From Bacillota bacterium (GTDB lineage Bacteria; Bacillota; Dethiobacteria; SKNC01): 64,000 bases of DNA. Positions 31,648 to 40,991 of this stretch are shown in pieces (position 1 is the stretch's first letter; the number at the start of each line of letters is the position of its first letter). The translations under genes were made by a program, and so were the position numbers. The notes beneath the pieces are model-generated. The model made no database searches and was not told the DNA's origin. It saw only the letters and a program-made list of their open reading frames with translations. The stretch spans positions 3 through 64,002 of the forward strand of contig SKNC01000040.1 of NCBI GenBank assembly GCA_007120745.1. The letters are read 5' to 3'.

Positions 31648-32585
31648 TACTGCATCTCCACTCCTTTAATCACCCGAAATAAGCTCAAATTTTCCATCAG
31701 GTATCGGGTATAGTTATCATTTTGCAGAGAACTTCCCCAGAAGTAATCCCAAAAGGTAAGCCGGCCGAACTCCACAACCATGGGATCTTCTATACCGGAA
31801 AGTTCCGCCGCCCGATCCAGGGCGTCATACAGATTCCCCAGCTCATCCACCAGGCCCAGTTCCAGCGCCTGACGGCCGGTAAAAATCCTGCCGTCTGCCA
31901 GTTCCAGCACCTGTTCCCTGGACATATTTCTGCCGCTGGCCACCGCCTCCACAAACTGTTCATATACGTCCTGGGAAAAGGACTGAAGAATTTCCCTTTC
32001 CTCCGGGGTCAATGCCCGGGAGATGTCTCCCATATCTTTGTGCTCTCCGCTTTTGATGGTTTCGAATTCCACGCCGATGTTGTCCAGCAGTTCCTCCAGG
32101 TTGGTGTGTTGAAGAATTACACCGATGCTGCCGGTGGTGGTGCCGGGATTGGCCATAATGTGGTCCGCCGCCGCCGCAAGATAGTAGCCGCCGGAGGCCG
32201 CCATGTCGGACATGGATACCACCACCACTTTGCCTTCCTCCCGGATCTTTAAGATTTCACTGTGAATTTCCTGGGTAGCTGAGGCGGTTCCTCCGGGACT
32301 GTTCACCCGGATCACCACTGCCTCTACCCCGGGGGTTAAACGGGCTTCCCGCAGGTGCTCCAGGATATAATCCATTCCCCGGGAAGCCATGAGGCCGCTT
32401 CCCTGGGTCCTGCCCCCGGATATAGGGCCCTCCACATAAATCAGGCCCACCTGCCCTCTCCGGTCCCGGGGAGCAGACCGCTGTTCTCTCCAGAAGAAAG
32501 CGTCCCTGACCGTAAAGAACAGGGCAATCACAATCACTGCCAAAATTACTGCGGTAAATATTTTTTTACCGTCCATTTTTTTCAC
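31647..32585 (-). CDS. sppA: Signal peptide peptidase SppA (36K type)
   Basis: RVNSPGGTA, MAASGGYY (catalytic Ser), TTGSIGV, IKSGEHKD, DGRIFTG. Confidence 0.95.
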   Translation of the reverse strand: MKKMDGKKIFTAVILAVIVIALFFTVRDAFFWREQRSAPRDRRGQVGLIYVEGPISGGRTQGSGLMASRGMDYILEHLREARLTPGVEAVVIRVNSPGGTASATQEIHSEILKIREEGKVVVVSMSDMAASGGYYLAAAADHIMANPGTTTGSIGVILQHTNLEELLDNIGVEFETIKSGEHKDMGDISRALTPEEREILQSFSQDVYEQFVEAVASGRNMSREQVLELADGRIFTGRQALELGLVDELGNLYDALDRAAELSGIEDPMVVEFGRLTFWDYFWGSSLQNDNYTRYLMENLSLFRVIKGVEMQ

Positions 32586-32861
32586 TTCCTTGTTCCCAGG
32601 TCCAATAACTACCTGGCTTCTTTAAAACTTTTTTCTTGCTGGATAATACTAGATAATACTACAAAATTACCTGACGGAGTCATCCGCCGGAAATACCCGT
32701 TCCTTTGGAGCCCGGTAAAGCTGCCCTGTGGGACAGCTGCTCACAAAGGATGGTCACCATACTCTGGTGATAAGAAAAAGAGCGACATTTCCAGGGCTTT
32801 CCCCATACAAAAAGGAAAACGGTTCCCCATGTCGCATGATGTTTTCATGTTCACTCAACGG

Positions 32862-34481
32862 TTACGCTTTTTGGTTTTTCCGATACTGCAGGGCGCTCTG
32901 CACAAAGTTTCTGAAAAGCGGCTGCGGATTATTGGGGCGGGACTTAAATTCCGGATGAAACTGGGTGGCCACGTACCAGGGGTGGTCCTTTACCTCGATA
33001 ATTTCCACCAGCCTGTTATCCGGTGAAATCCCGCTGAAGACCATGCCGCCTTTCTCCAGGTCCTCCCGGAAGTTGTTGTTCAGCTCATAGCGGTGGCGGT
33101 GCCGTTCCTCAATTTTTTCACATCCATAGGCTTGATGAGCAGAGGTCCCCTCCTGAAGCACGCAGGGGTAGCTTCCCAGGCGCATGGTTCCTCCCTTATC
33201 GGTGACCTTTTTCTGCTCCGGCAGAAGGTCGATGACCGGGTAGGGGGTTTGGGGATCAATTTCCGAGCTGTGGGCACCTTTCATGCCCAGCACATTGCGG
33301 GCAAATTCCACCACGGCACAGTGCAGCCCCAGGCAGACTCCCAAAAAAGGAATCCGGTTTTCCCGGGCATACTGGACCGCTTTAATTTTCCCTTCGATTC
33401 CCCGGCTTCCGAAACCGCCGGGTACCAGGATTCCGTCCACCCCTTCAAGACAGGGGGCTCCAGGGTCCTGTTCCAGCTCCTCGGCATGGACCCATTTTAT
33501 TTTTACCTGGGCACCGTTATCTATGCCCGCATGGTTCAGGGCCTCCGCCACGCTGAGATATGCGTCATGCAGCGTCACGTATTTGCCCACCAGGGCAATA
33601 TTTACCGGAGGGGTTTCTTTTATCTTTTCTATGCGATCCACCAGCCTTTCCCATTCCACCAGCTCCGGGGGACCGCATTCCAGTTTCAATTTTTCCACCA
33701 CGATGTCGTCCAGGCCCTCTTTTCTCATCATCAAAGGCACCTGGTAAAGGCTTTCCACGTCCAGGTTTTCAATCACCGCTTCGTAGTCAGTATCGCAGAA
33801 CAGCGCAATCTTTTCCTTCAGGTCCCGGGCCAGGGGCTTCTCGGTGCGGCAGACAATAATGTCCGGCTGAATCCCGATGCTCCGAAGTTCTTTTACGCTG
33901 TGCTGGGTGGGCTTGGTTTTTAATTCTCCCCCCATTTCCAGGTAGGGGATCAGGGTGACATGGATATACATCACTGAGTTTCGGCCCACCTCCACTTTCA
34001 TCTGGCGGATGGCTTCCAGGAAGGGAAGCCCCTCGATGTCCCCCACGGTGCCGCCGATTTCCGTAATCACCACATCAAGGTCGTCTTCCCGGGCGGCCAC
34101 CTTAATGCGGGCTTTAATTTCATCGGTGATATGAGGTATCACCTGGACAGTGCCTCCCAGGTATTCGCCCTTCCGTTCCTTGGTAATCACCGACCAGTAC
34201 ACCTTTCCGGTGGTAACGTTGCTGTTTCTGGTCAGGTTGATATCAATAAACCGCTCATAGTGCCCTAAATCCAGGTCGGTTTCCCCGCCGTCATCGGTCA
34301 CATAGACTTCTCCGTGCTGGTAAGGGCTCATGGTTCCAGGGTCAAAGTTGATGTAGGGGTCAAACTTCTGAATGGTTACCTTCAGTCCCCGGTTTTTCAG
34401 CAGGCGGCCCAGGGAAGCGGCAGTTATACCTTTGCCCAGGGAAGAAACCACACCGCCGGTAACAAAAATGTACTTGGTCAT
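32862..34481 (-). CDS. pyrG: CTP synthase
   Basis: [22 protein letters not shown] (catalytic Cys), FHPEF. Confidence 0.99.
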   Translation of the reverse strand: MTKYIFVTGGVVSSLGKGITAASLGRLLKNRGLKVTIQKFDPYINFDPGTMSPYQHGEVYVTDDGGETDLDLGHYERFIDINLTRNSNVTTGKVYWSVITKERKGEYLGGTVQVIPHITDEIKARIKVAAREDDLDVVITEIGGTVGDIEGLPFLEAIRQMKVEVGRNSVMYIHVTLIPYLEMGGELKTKPTQHSVKELRSIGIQPDIIVCRTEKPLARDLKEKIALFCDTDYEAVIENLDVESLYQVPLMMRKEGLDDIVVEKLKLECGPPELVEWERLVDRIEKIKETPPVNIALVGKYVTLHDAYLSVAEALNHAGIDNGAQVKIKWVHAEELEQDPGAPCLEGVDGILVPGGFGSRGIEGKIKAVQYARENRIPFLGVCLGLHCAVVEFARNVLGMKGAHSSEIDPQTPYPVIDLLPEQKKVTDKGGTMRLGSYPCVLQEGTSAHQAYGCEKIEERHRHRYELNNNFREDLEKGGMVFSGISPDNRLVEIIEVKDHPWYVATQFHPEFKSRPNNPQPLFRNFVQSALQYRKNQKA

Positions 34482-34502
34482 AAAAAAATCACCCTTCCTT
34501 TT

Positions 34503-35366
34503 TTAGCCGTGGGCAAGAATTATCTCCCTTATAATTTTTGCGGCCAACAGAGAAGTAATCTGGCCCGAATCGTAATCCGGCGCCACCTCCACCAGGTCAA
34601 AGCCCACAATCCTCAGGCCCTCCAGCCTGGATACGACCTCCAGGATCTCCCGGGAACTGCACCCGCCGGGTTCCGGCGTGCCTGTCCCCGGTGCATATGC
34701 CGGGTCTACCACATCTATATCCAAAGTTACATATAAGGGACGCTGGTTCAGTTCAGCCTTGATTATCTCCAGCGGCTTTACTACATCGCCGGGGAAAAAT
34801 CGGGTGTTCTGCCGGGCAAAGGCCAGTTCCTGTGCAGTGGCAGACCGGATCCCCAGCTGGTAAATGTCTTCTACTCCCGTCTCCCGGTAAATCCGGTTCA
34901 TCACCGAGGCATGGCTGTTTTCCTCCCCCAGGTAATGGGGCCTTAAATCCGCATGGGCATCCAGCTGCAGCAGGGCCAAGTCCGGATACAGAGAGGCTGC
35001 GGCCTTTACCGCAGGATAGGTCACCAGGTGCTCCCCTCCCATCATCAGGGGCAGTTTGCCGTCTTTCAGGAGGTTTTCCCAGGCCTTTTCAATAATCTGC
35101 AGGCTTTTATCCACATTTCCAAAGGGGAGAGCCAGGTCACCGCCGTCAAAAAAGGAGACCTCCCGCAGGTCTTTCCCCAGGGTCATGCTGTGCTCCTCCA
35201 AAACCCGGGAAACCCGGCGAATGGCACCGGGGGCCATGCGGGAACCGGGCCGAAAGCTGGCGGTATAATCCATAGGGGCACCGAACAGCACCACCCTGGA
35301 CCCTTCATAGTCCAGGCTGGATTCCATAAAGCCCTGTTCATTTTCCAGGCGGTGTAAAAAATTCAC
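34503..35366 (-). CDS. speB: Agmatinase (ureohydrolase family)
   Basis: GGEHL, DAHAD, DIDVVDP..APGTGTPEPGG. Confidence 0.95.
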   Translation of the reverse strand: MNFLHRLENEQGFMESSLDYEGSRVVLFGAPMDYTASFRPGSRMAPGAIRRVSRVLEEHSMTLGKDLREVSFFDGGDLALPFGNVDKSLQIIEKAWENLLKDGKLPLMMGGEHLVTYPAVKAAASLYPDLALLQLDAHADLRPHYLGEENSHASVMNRIYRETGVEDIYQLGIRSATAQELAFARQNTRFFPGDVVKPLEIIKAELNQRPLYVTLDIDVVDPAYAPGTGTPEPGGCSSREILEVVSRLEGLRIVGFDLVEVAPDYDSGQITSLLAAKIIREIILAHG

Positions 35367-35367
35367 T

Positions 35368-36198
35368 CTACTTTTCCTCCATCAGTTCTCTCACAAATCC
35401 CGGCAGCACAAAGGAACTCTTGTGGAGTTCCGGGGAATAGTACCGGGTGTCCAGTTCTTTAAAGGCCTTGACTTTCAAAGGGTCATGGACCTTTGAACCC
35501 AGGGTAAAGCTCCACAGCCCGCTGGGGTACGTGGGCACCGCGGCCAGGTACAGCCGGGTCAGGGGAAATACCTTTTGTATTCTTTGGGTGACGGAATGAA
35601 TCAGGTCCCCGTTGTAAAAGGGGGATTCCGTCTGGGCCACCATGATTCCCTGGGGTTTCAGGGCCTCAGAAATATTCTGATAAAACTCCCCGGTGAACAA
35701 CCCCACCGCCGGTCCCACCGGCTCCGTGGAATCCACCAGGATCACATCAAATTCCTCCCTGCAGGATTTTACATACTCCAGTCCATCGGTAATAATAACC
35801 TCTACCCGGGGGTCCTCCAGGGCACCTCCGCTGATTTCCGGCAGGTATTCCCGACAGGTGTTTACCACTTCTTCATCTATTTCTACCAGCACTGCCCGGG
35901 TAACCTCCGGGTGCTTGATAATCTGCTTTATGGTTCCCCCGTCTCCTCCCCCAATCACCAGCACTTTTTCCGGATTGGGATGGGTAACCAGGGGGACATG
36001 GCTGATCATTTCGTGATATACAAACTCGTCCTGCACGGTAGTCTGGACCATTCCGTCCAGCACCAGCATTTTGCCAAACTGCAGGGTATCCAGTATCGCC
36101 AGTTCCTGAAAGGCCGTCATTTTGGTACAGAGAGTTTCCTTTACCTGGCAGGTAATACCCAGGTGGGGGGTTTGTTTTTCGGTGTACCACAGTTCCAT
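35368..36198 (-). CDS. speE: Polyamine aminopropyltransferase
   Basis: YHEMISH, IGGGDGG, VEIDEEV, DSTEP. Confidence 0.96.
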   Translation of the reverse strand: MELWYTEKQTPHLGITCQVKETLCTKMTAFQELAILDTLQFGKMLVLDGMVQTTVQDEFVYHEMISHVPLVTHPNPEKVLVIGGGDGGTIKQIIKHPEVTRAVLVEIDEEVVNTCREYLPEISGGALEDPRVEVIITDGLEYVKSCREEFDVILVDSTEPVGPAVGLFTGEFYQNISEALKPQGIMVAQTESPFYNGDLIHSVTQRIQKVFPLTRLYLAAVPTYPSGLWSFTLGSKVHDPLKVKAFKELDTRYYSPELHKSSFVLPGFVRELMEEK

Positions 36199-36271
36199 GT
36201 TATACGTTCCTTCCTGTATATAGTTATATATCTGCGTGGTCCGGAGACCCCGTAACAGAAAAAAAGCCCGG

Positions 36272-36730
36272 CTAGTAGCCCAGGACCACTGCCGCCAGGG
36301 CAGAAGCTGTTTTTTCTACCACGTGCTCCACTGATTTTATCCTGATCTCCTTCAGGGGCAGGTTCCTGATCCTGAAGGCCTCCGCAATCATGGAGGTAAT
36401 CCGGGCCTCTGCCTCCTCTTTGCCGCACTCTCCGGCAAACTCCATAATCACTCCAAAGGTATCCGGGGAAAGTCCCACTCCTACGGCCGCAGCTATTTTC
36501 TTGCCGGGAGTTTCCGAACAGATGGAACCATAAGCCGTAGGTGCCAGAGTTCCGGGGGCAATGTCCAAATCCTGGTCCTGCTGAGCACCGGGGGGCAAAA
36601 TACTGCTGATCCTGACCAGGTTTATATTGGCAATGCCGGCTTTCAGCAGGGCATGGTCAAAGGCGGTAAGCCTGTGCTCTCCTTCCGCCGCGCCGGCCAC
36701 AATTTTAAATTTTGTGGGTACAGGTATCAT
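36272..36730 (-). CDS. pdaD: Pyruvoyl-dependent arginine decarboxylase
   Basis: AFDHALL.AGI.N.NLVRISSILPP including the Ser-Ser self-cleavage site. Confidence 0.92.
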   Translation of the reverse strand: MIPVPTKFKIVAGAAEGEHRLTAFDHALLKAGIANINLVRISSILPPGAQQDQDLDIAPGTLAPTAYGSICSETPGKKIAAAVGVGLSPDTFGVIMEFAGECGKEEAEARITSMIAEAFRIRNLPLKEIRIKSVEHVVEKTASALAAVVLGY

Positions 36731-36826
36731 CTATCACAGCACCTTCTTTCCTACACAGAGTATAATTGTCCAATGCAAACAAATACATATGCAATTATAC
36801 CAAAAAGACGTCAAAAAATAAACAAA

Positions 36827-36860
36827 TTTCCGGGAGGATAAAAGAAAACCCCGGAAATTT
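36827..36860 (-). terminator. Inverted repeat, probable terminator of the upstream hypothetical gene
   Basis: AAATTTCCGGG / CCCGGAAATTT followed by GTTTATTTTT on the minus strand; ends approximate. Confidence 0.55.
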
Positions 36861-36869
36861 CGTTTCCTT

Positions 36870-37544
36870 TTAAACAGGGGCTTCGTAGAGAATCAGGGGG
36901 TTCAGCAGAGCCGTAAGATTTTTCTTTACCTCTCGGTAGGCTTCCTCATCCCTCATCTCCAGAGTAACCGTTAAATATTCCGTAATCTTATAGACCCGGT
37001 CGCCGTCAGCAAAAAACAGCAGTTGAAACTTTCGGGTGGCCATTTTACCCAGCACTAAAAATTCTTCAAAGTTTTCCACCACGGCCCCCCGGTAATCCTG
37101 CCTGCACCGGGGAGTTCCCAGGTCAACCACTCCCGCCTGGGCCAGCAGCAGGGCATAGCGATGGTGATCCGCTTTTTCCCAGGTTTTTCCCTTGGGAAGC
37201 TTCATAGGAAAGTGAGACCCGTGGGGAAACCAGTAATCACAAAGGTTGGGAGTTACAATAGCACCGGAATCCGGGAGGAATACGGGTTCTGCCTTTTTCA
37301 GCCAGGAAAAAAACTGTTCCTCCAAAAGCCTCCACTGCTTAACCTCCAGGGAAAGAGGAGCATTTACGTTATTTACCGCTTCATAACCCCAGGAATCATA
37401 AAAGTTTGGAACCTCCAGGGTTTCCAGAATTTCAGGGGACATCCCCAGATTAATAGAGAGCTTATCATCCTGTTCCTGGTCCCAATCAAAAAAGGAATAC
37501 TCCGCCAGGCGTTGAATTAAATCCGCGGTTTTCAGGGGCAGCAT
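36870..37544 (-). CDS. Hypothetical protein
   Basis: 224-aa ORF with a GGAGG SD filling the gap between pdaD and pbp; no motif recognised. Confidence 0.8.
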   Translation of the reverse strand: MLPLKTADLIQRLAEYSFFDWDQEQDDKLSINLGMSPEILETLEVPNFYDSWGYEAVNNVNAPLSLEVKQWRLLEEQFFSWLKKAEPVFLPDSGAIVTPNLCDYWFPHGSHFPMKLPKGKTWEKADHHRYALLLAQAGVVDLGTPRCRQDYRGAVVENFEEFLVLGKMATRKFQLLFFADGDRVYKITEYLTVTLEMRDEEAYREVKKNLTALLNPLILYEAPV

Positions 37545-37811
37545 AAAAATCCTCCAGTAAACGTTTTTTAAATAAAAACAGGTATTACTAGTTATATTTG
37601 TTATTGGGAACAGAAATCCTTCCTTTTGTATAGAAAACTATTGTTTAGAAATGATAATATTCAAAAACCCCGCTTTTCCTCTACTGCCTGCAGGCAGTCC
37701 GAAAATGAGGTGGTTGTAGATTATGGTATAATATGTACAGGGTACAATATATTTTTTATAATACTTGAAAGAACAACCTTTTAAAGGTTTTTTTATAGAA
37801 CAGGAGCATAT

Positions 37812-39878
37812 ATGATTATGGCCAAGCGAAGAATCTCTTTATTTAAAATCATCGTTTTAACCTTTGTCCTGGTGTTCATGGCCGGAAGCGTGGGAGCTGC
37901 TTATATTTTTTATTCCATTCTATCCATGGACGGTCTGCCCGACGGGGAAATCGCCCTGACCAGCACCTTTTATGATAAATATGGTGATCCCCTGACCTTT
38001 ATGGCTGTAGAAAACCGCATTATTGTGCCCCTGGAGGAAATCCCGCTGGAACTGCAGCAGGCGGTGATTGCCGTGGAGGATGCCTACTTTTACGACCACT
38101 TTGGAGTTAATTTAATCTCCATCGGAAGGGCTGCCCTGAGAAATATTCAAAGCGGGCGGGTGGTGGAGGGGGGCAGTACCATCACCCAGCAGCTGGCAAA
38201 AAACCGGTTTTTAACCCACGACCGCACCTTCCATCGCAAGGCAGAGGAACTGATCCTGACCCTTCACCTGGAGAGGACGTATACCAAGGATGAAATTTTA
38301 AATGAGTACTTGAATATCATTTACTTTGGCCACGGGAACTACGGAGTGGAAGCGGCTTCCAGGCATTTATTTGATAAGTCCGTACATGAGCTGACCCTGG
38401 CGGAGGCGGCCTTGATGGCTGGAATTCCCCGGGGGCCCGGCTATTATTCGCCGCTGATTGAGGGAAATGAGGAGGCCTCCCGGCGCAGGCAGGAACACGT
38501 GCTGAGCCGCATGGTGGAGCAGGAGTATATCACGCCGCAGCAGAAGCAGGATGCCCTGGAACAGGAGCTTATTTTTCGCAGCTCCCCTGCCAGAAGGGAA
38601 CGACCCGCAGCGTATTTTATTGATTATATAGTGAATCATCACCTGGTGGGCCGGTTGGAATTAGAACGGGAGGACATCTATCGGATGGGCCTGAACATAT
38701 ACACCACCCTGGACCCCTCCATGCAGAGAGCGGCAGAAAAAGCCCTGCGGGAGGGACTGGAGGGGTATGCCGGCAGCTATGTGGATGAACAGGGAATCCG
38801 TCAGCCCCAGGGATCCCTGGTGGCCGTAGACCCCACCAATGGACATGTACGGGCCCTGGTGGGAGGCCTGGATTTCCAGGAAAGCAATGTAAACAGGGCT
38901 GCAGGCAGCAGGCGTCAGCCGGGCTCGGCTTTTAAACCCTTTCTTTATGCTGCCGCCCTGGAGTCAGGATATACCGCCGCATCTAAAATCTTATGTGAAC
39001 CTATCTCCATACCCATTCCCGGTTCTGACAAAAACTATGAACCCACGGATTACGGGGGAGATTTTCACCACCGCCACCTGACCCTGCGGGAAGCGGTGAC
39101 AAAATCCTGCAACGTCAGCGCCGTAAAAGTGCATATGGATATCGGGCCTGAAAAAACCATGGAATATGCACAGAAGATGGGAATAAAAAGCAGGATGTCT
39201 CCCCTTCCTTCCCTGGCCCTGGGCACCTATGAGGTGACCGCGCTGGAAATGGCCTCGGCTTTTATCCCCCTGGCCAATCGGGGCATTGCCTCGGAACCGG
39301 TCCTGGTCACCCGGGTCACAGACCACCGGGGACGGGTATTGTGGGAGGCGGAAAACAATCAAACGATAGTGCTGGATGAACGGGCGGCTTACATTTTAAC
39401 AGACATTCTGAAGGGAGTGCTGGGTCCTCAGGGAACTGCCTCCCCCGTTCACAATATTTTCAACCGGCCCGCTGCCGGGAAAACCGGAACCTCCAGCGGC
39501 CCCAACAGCTTATACATGGTAGGTTATACCCCCCAGCTGGTGGCCAGCGTGTATGTGGGAGACGACCACGGCAGGTCTTTAGGGGCAGGGGAAACGGGAG
39601 GCCGGGTGGCAGCTCCCATCTGGGCCAACTTTATGGCAGAGGCTCTTCGGGATTATTCTCCCCAGGAGTTTCCCGTTCCCGATGGAATTATCCGGGTAAC
39701 CCTCTGTGAGGAGACCGGGCTGATACAGAGCAGCCGCTGTACCGGGCCAACCACCAGCGAAATCTTTATAAGGGGCACGGAACCCCGGGAGGAATGCGGA
39801 GAAGAAATTTGTCCCCACGTGGAGCCGGAGCAGCCCAGGTGGCCCTGGCCAATTCCTCAGCTTCCCTGGTTCAGGTAG
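37812..39878 (+). CDS. Class A penicillin-binding protein (PbpG/YwhE-like)
   Basis: Transglycosylase EDAYFYDHFG and GGSTITQQLAKN; transpeptidase SAFK, SCN, KTG; near speE as in Bacillus. Confidence 0.93.
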   Translation: MIMAKRRISLFKIIVLTFVLVFMAGSVGAAYIFYSILSMDGLPDGEIALTSTFYDKYGDPLTFMAVENRIIVPLEEIPLELQQAVIAVEDAYFYDHFGVNLISIGRAALRNIQSGRVVEGGSTITQQLAKNRFLTHDRTFHRKAEELILTLHLERTYTKDEILNEYLNIIYFGHGNYGVEAASRHLFDKSVHELTLAEAALMAGIPRGPGYYSPLIEGNEEASRRRQEHVLSRMVEQEYITPQQKQDALEQELIFRSSPARRERPAAYFIDYIVNHHLVGRLELEREDIYRMGLNIYTTLDPSMQRAAEKALREGLEGYAGSYVDEQGIRQPQGSLVAVDPTNGHVRALVGGLDFQESNVNRAAGSRRQPGSAFKPFLYAAALESGYTAASKILCEPISIPIPGSDKNYEPTDYGGDFHHRHLTLREAVTKSCNVSAVKVHMDIGPEKTMEYAQKMGIKSRMSPLPSLALGTYEVTALEMASAFIPLANRGIASEPVLVTRVTDHRGRVLWEAENNQTIVLDERAAYILTDILKGVLGPQGTASPVHNIFNRPAAGKTGTSSGPNSLYMVGYTPQLVASVYVGDDHGRSLGAGETGGRVAAPIWANFMAEALRDYSPQEFPVPDGIIRVTLCEETGLIQSSRCTGPTTSEIFIRGTEPREECGEEICPHVEPEQPRWPWPIPQLPWFR

Positions 39879-40150
39879 CACACATTCAGGTTAGCACACA
39901 GCCTGTCCCCGCTGTCGGCTTTCCGGCTTTGCGACACCGGGGACGGTTCTCCATTGTCGCAGCAATTGAATTGTCACCGCCAGGCTATCACCCATGTCCT
40001 GCACTAAAAAGGCCGGTTCCGAAAAATGGAACAGGCCTTTAGCTTTGAAAATTTTATATTTTATAAATGGACAATGGAGAACCGTCCCGACTGTAGCACT
40101 GCAGCCCGCTGTAGCATGCGCCTTCGTTGCGCACAACCGTCCCCGGTGCG
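39871..40150. repeat. Cluster of REP-like palindromic units
   Basis: Perfect 19-bp inverted pair (39940-39958 / 40070-40088), a third 14-bp copy (40135-40148), and a CCTGTCCCC variant near 39902. Confidence 0.75.
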
Positions 40151-40188
40151 GTGCCGCCCGCCGGTGCCGCTTCCATGGTTTTAGTGCG

Positions 40189-40812
40189 TTACCGCAGGAA
40201 AGGATTGACTTTCTTTTCCCTTCCTATGGAGCTTTCCGGGCCGTGGCCAGGATATACAACGGTATCATCCCCCAGGGGGAATAATTTTTCCTTAATGGCA
40301 TTAATCAGCTGCCGGTGGTTTCCACCGGGAAGGTCGGACCTGCCGATGGAAGCTGCGAAAAGTGTGTCACCGGTAAATACTTTACCGTTCATGTGCAGGC
40401 TCATCCCTCCCCGGGTGTGTCCCGGGGTATGAATTACCTTCAGGGCATGACCACTGCCGAAGGTTATGGTGTCGCCCTCTTCCACGATTTTTTCCGGGGG
40501 GTCCAGGGTCAGCTGGGACCCTACAAACATGGAAAGGTTCTCGTGGGGATTTTCAAAAAGAGGGGCGTCCTCTTTATGCATCACAACCGGGGCTCCGGTC
40601 TTTTCCCGAATTTCTTTTACGGCACCGATATGGTCAATATGACCATGAGTGTTTATAATATATTTTACCGTTAAATTCTCTTCTTCCAGAGCCGCCATAA
40701 TCACTTCCGGTTCAGCCCCCGGATCAATCACGATGCCTTCATTGGTCTTTGGGCACCCGACAATATAGCAGTTGGACATAAAGCCGCCTACTTCAAGTCT
40801 TTTTATTATCAT
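40189..40812 (-). CDS. MBL-fold metallo-hydrolase (glyoxalase II-like)
   Basis: THGHIDH, HTPGHT, FTGDTLF, YPGHG. Confidence 0.93.
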   Translation of the reverse strand: MIIKRLEVGGFMSNCYIVGCPKTNEGIVIDPGAEPEVIMAALEEENLTVKYIINTHGHIDHIGAVKEIREKTGAPVVMHKEDAPLFENPHENLSMFVGSQLTLDPPEKIVEEGDTITFGSGHALKVIHTPGHTRGGMSLHMNGKVFTGDTLFAASIGRSDLPGGNHRQLINAIKEKLFPLGDDTVVYPGHGPESSIGREKKVNPFLR

Positions 40813-40828
40813 ACTTCACCTCCTAACG

Positions 40829-40856
40829 GGTCAGGCTTAAAATTTCAAGCCTGACC
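40829..40856. repeat. 10-bp perfect inverted repeat just upstream of the MBL gene SD
   Basis: GGTCAGGCTT-AAAATTTC-AAGCCTGACC. Confidence 0.7.
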
Positions 40857-40991
40857 TCGTTGCCTTTATGTGTAATTATACTACAATTTTCCTCAAATTC
40901 CTTTTCTAAAAATCCAATTTTTTGATTTCTTTTCCTGTATTATCCTTCATCGGGCATTAAAATATTCTATCTCTGGATATTTTGTCAGTGT

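Noticed and set aside
39871-40190. CRISPR array in the repeat cluster
   Set aside because: The units are inverted and degenerate, with no regular repeat-spacer period and no cas genes.
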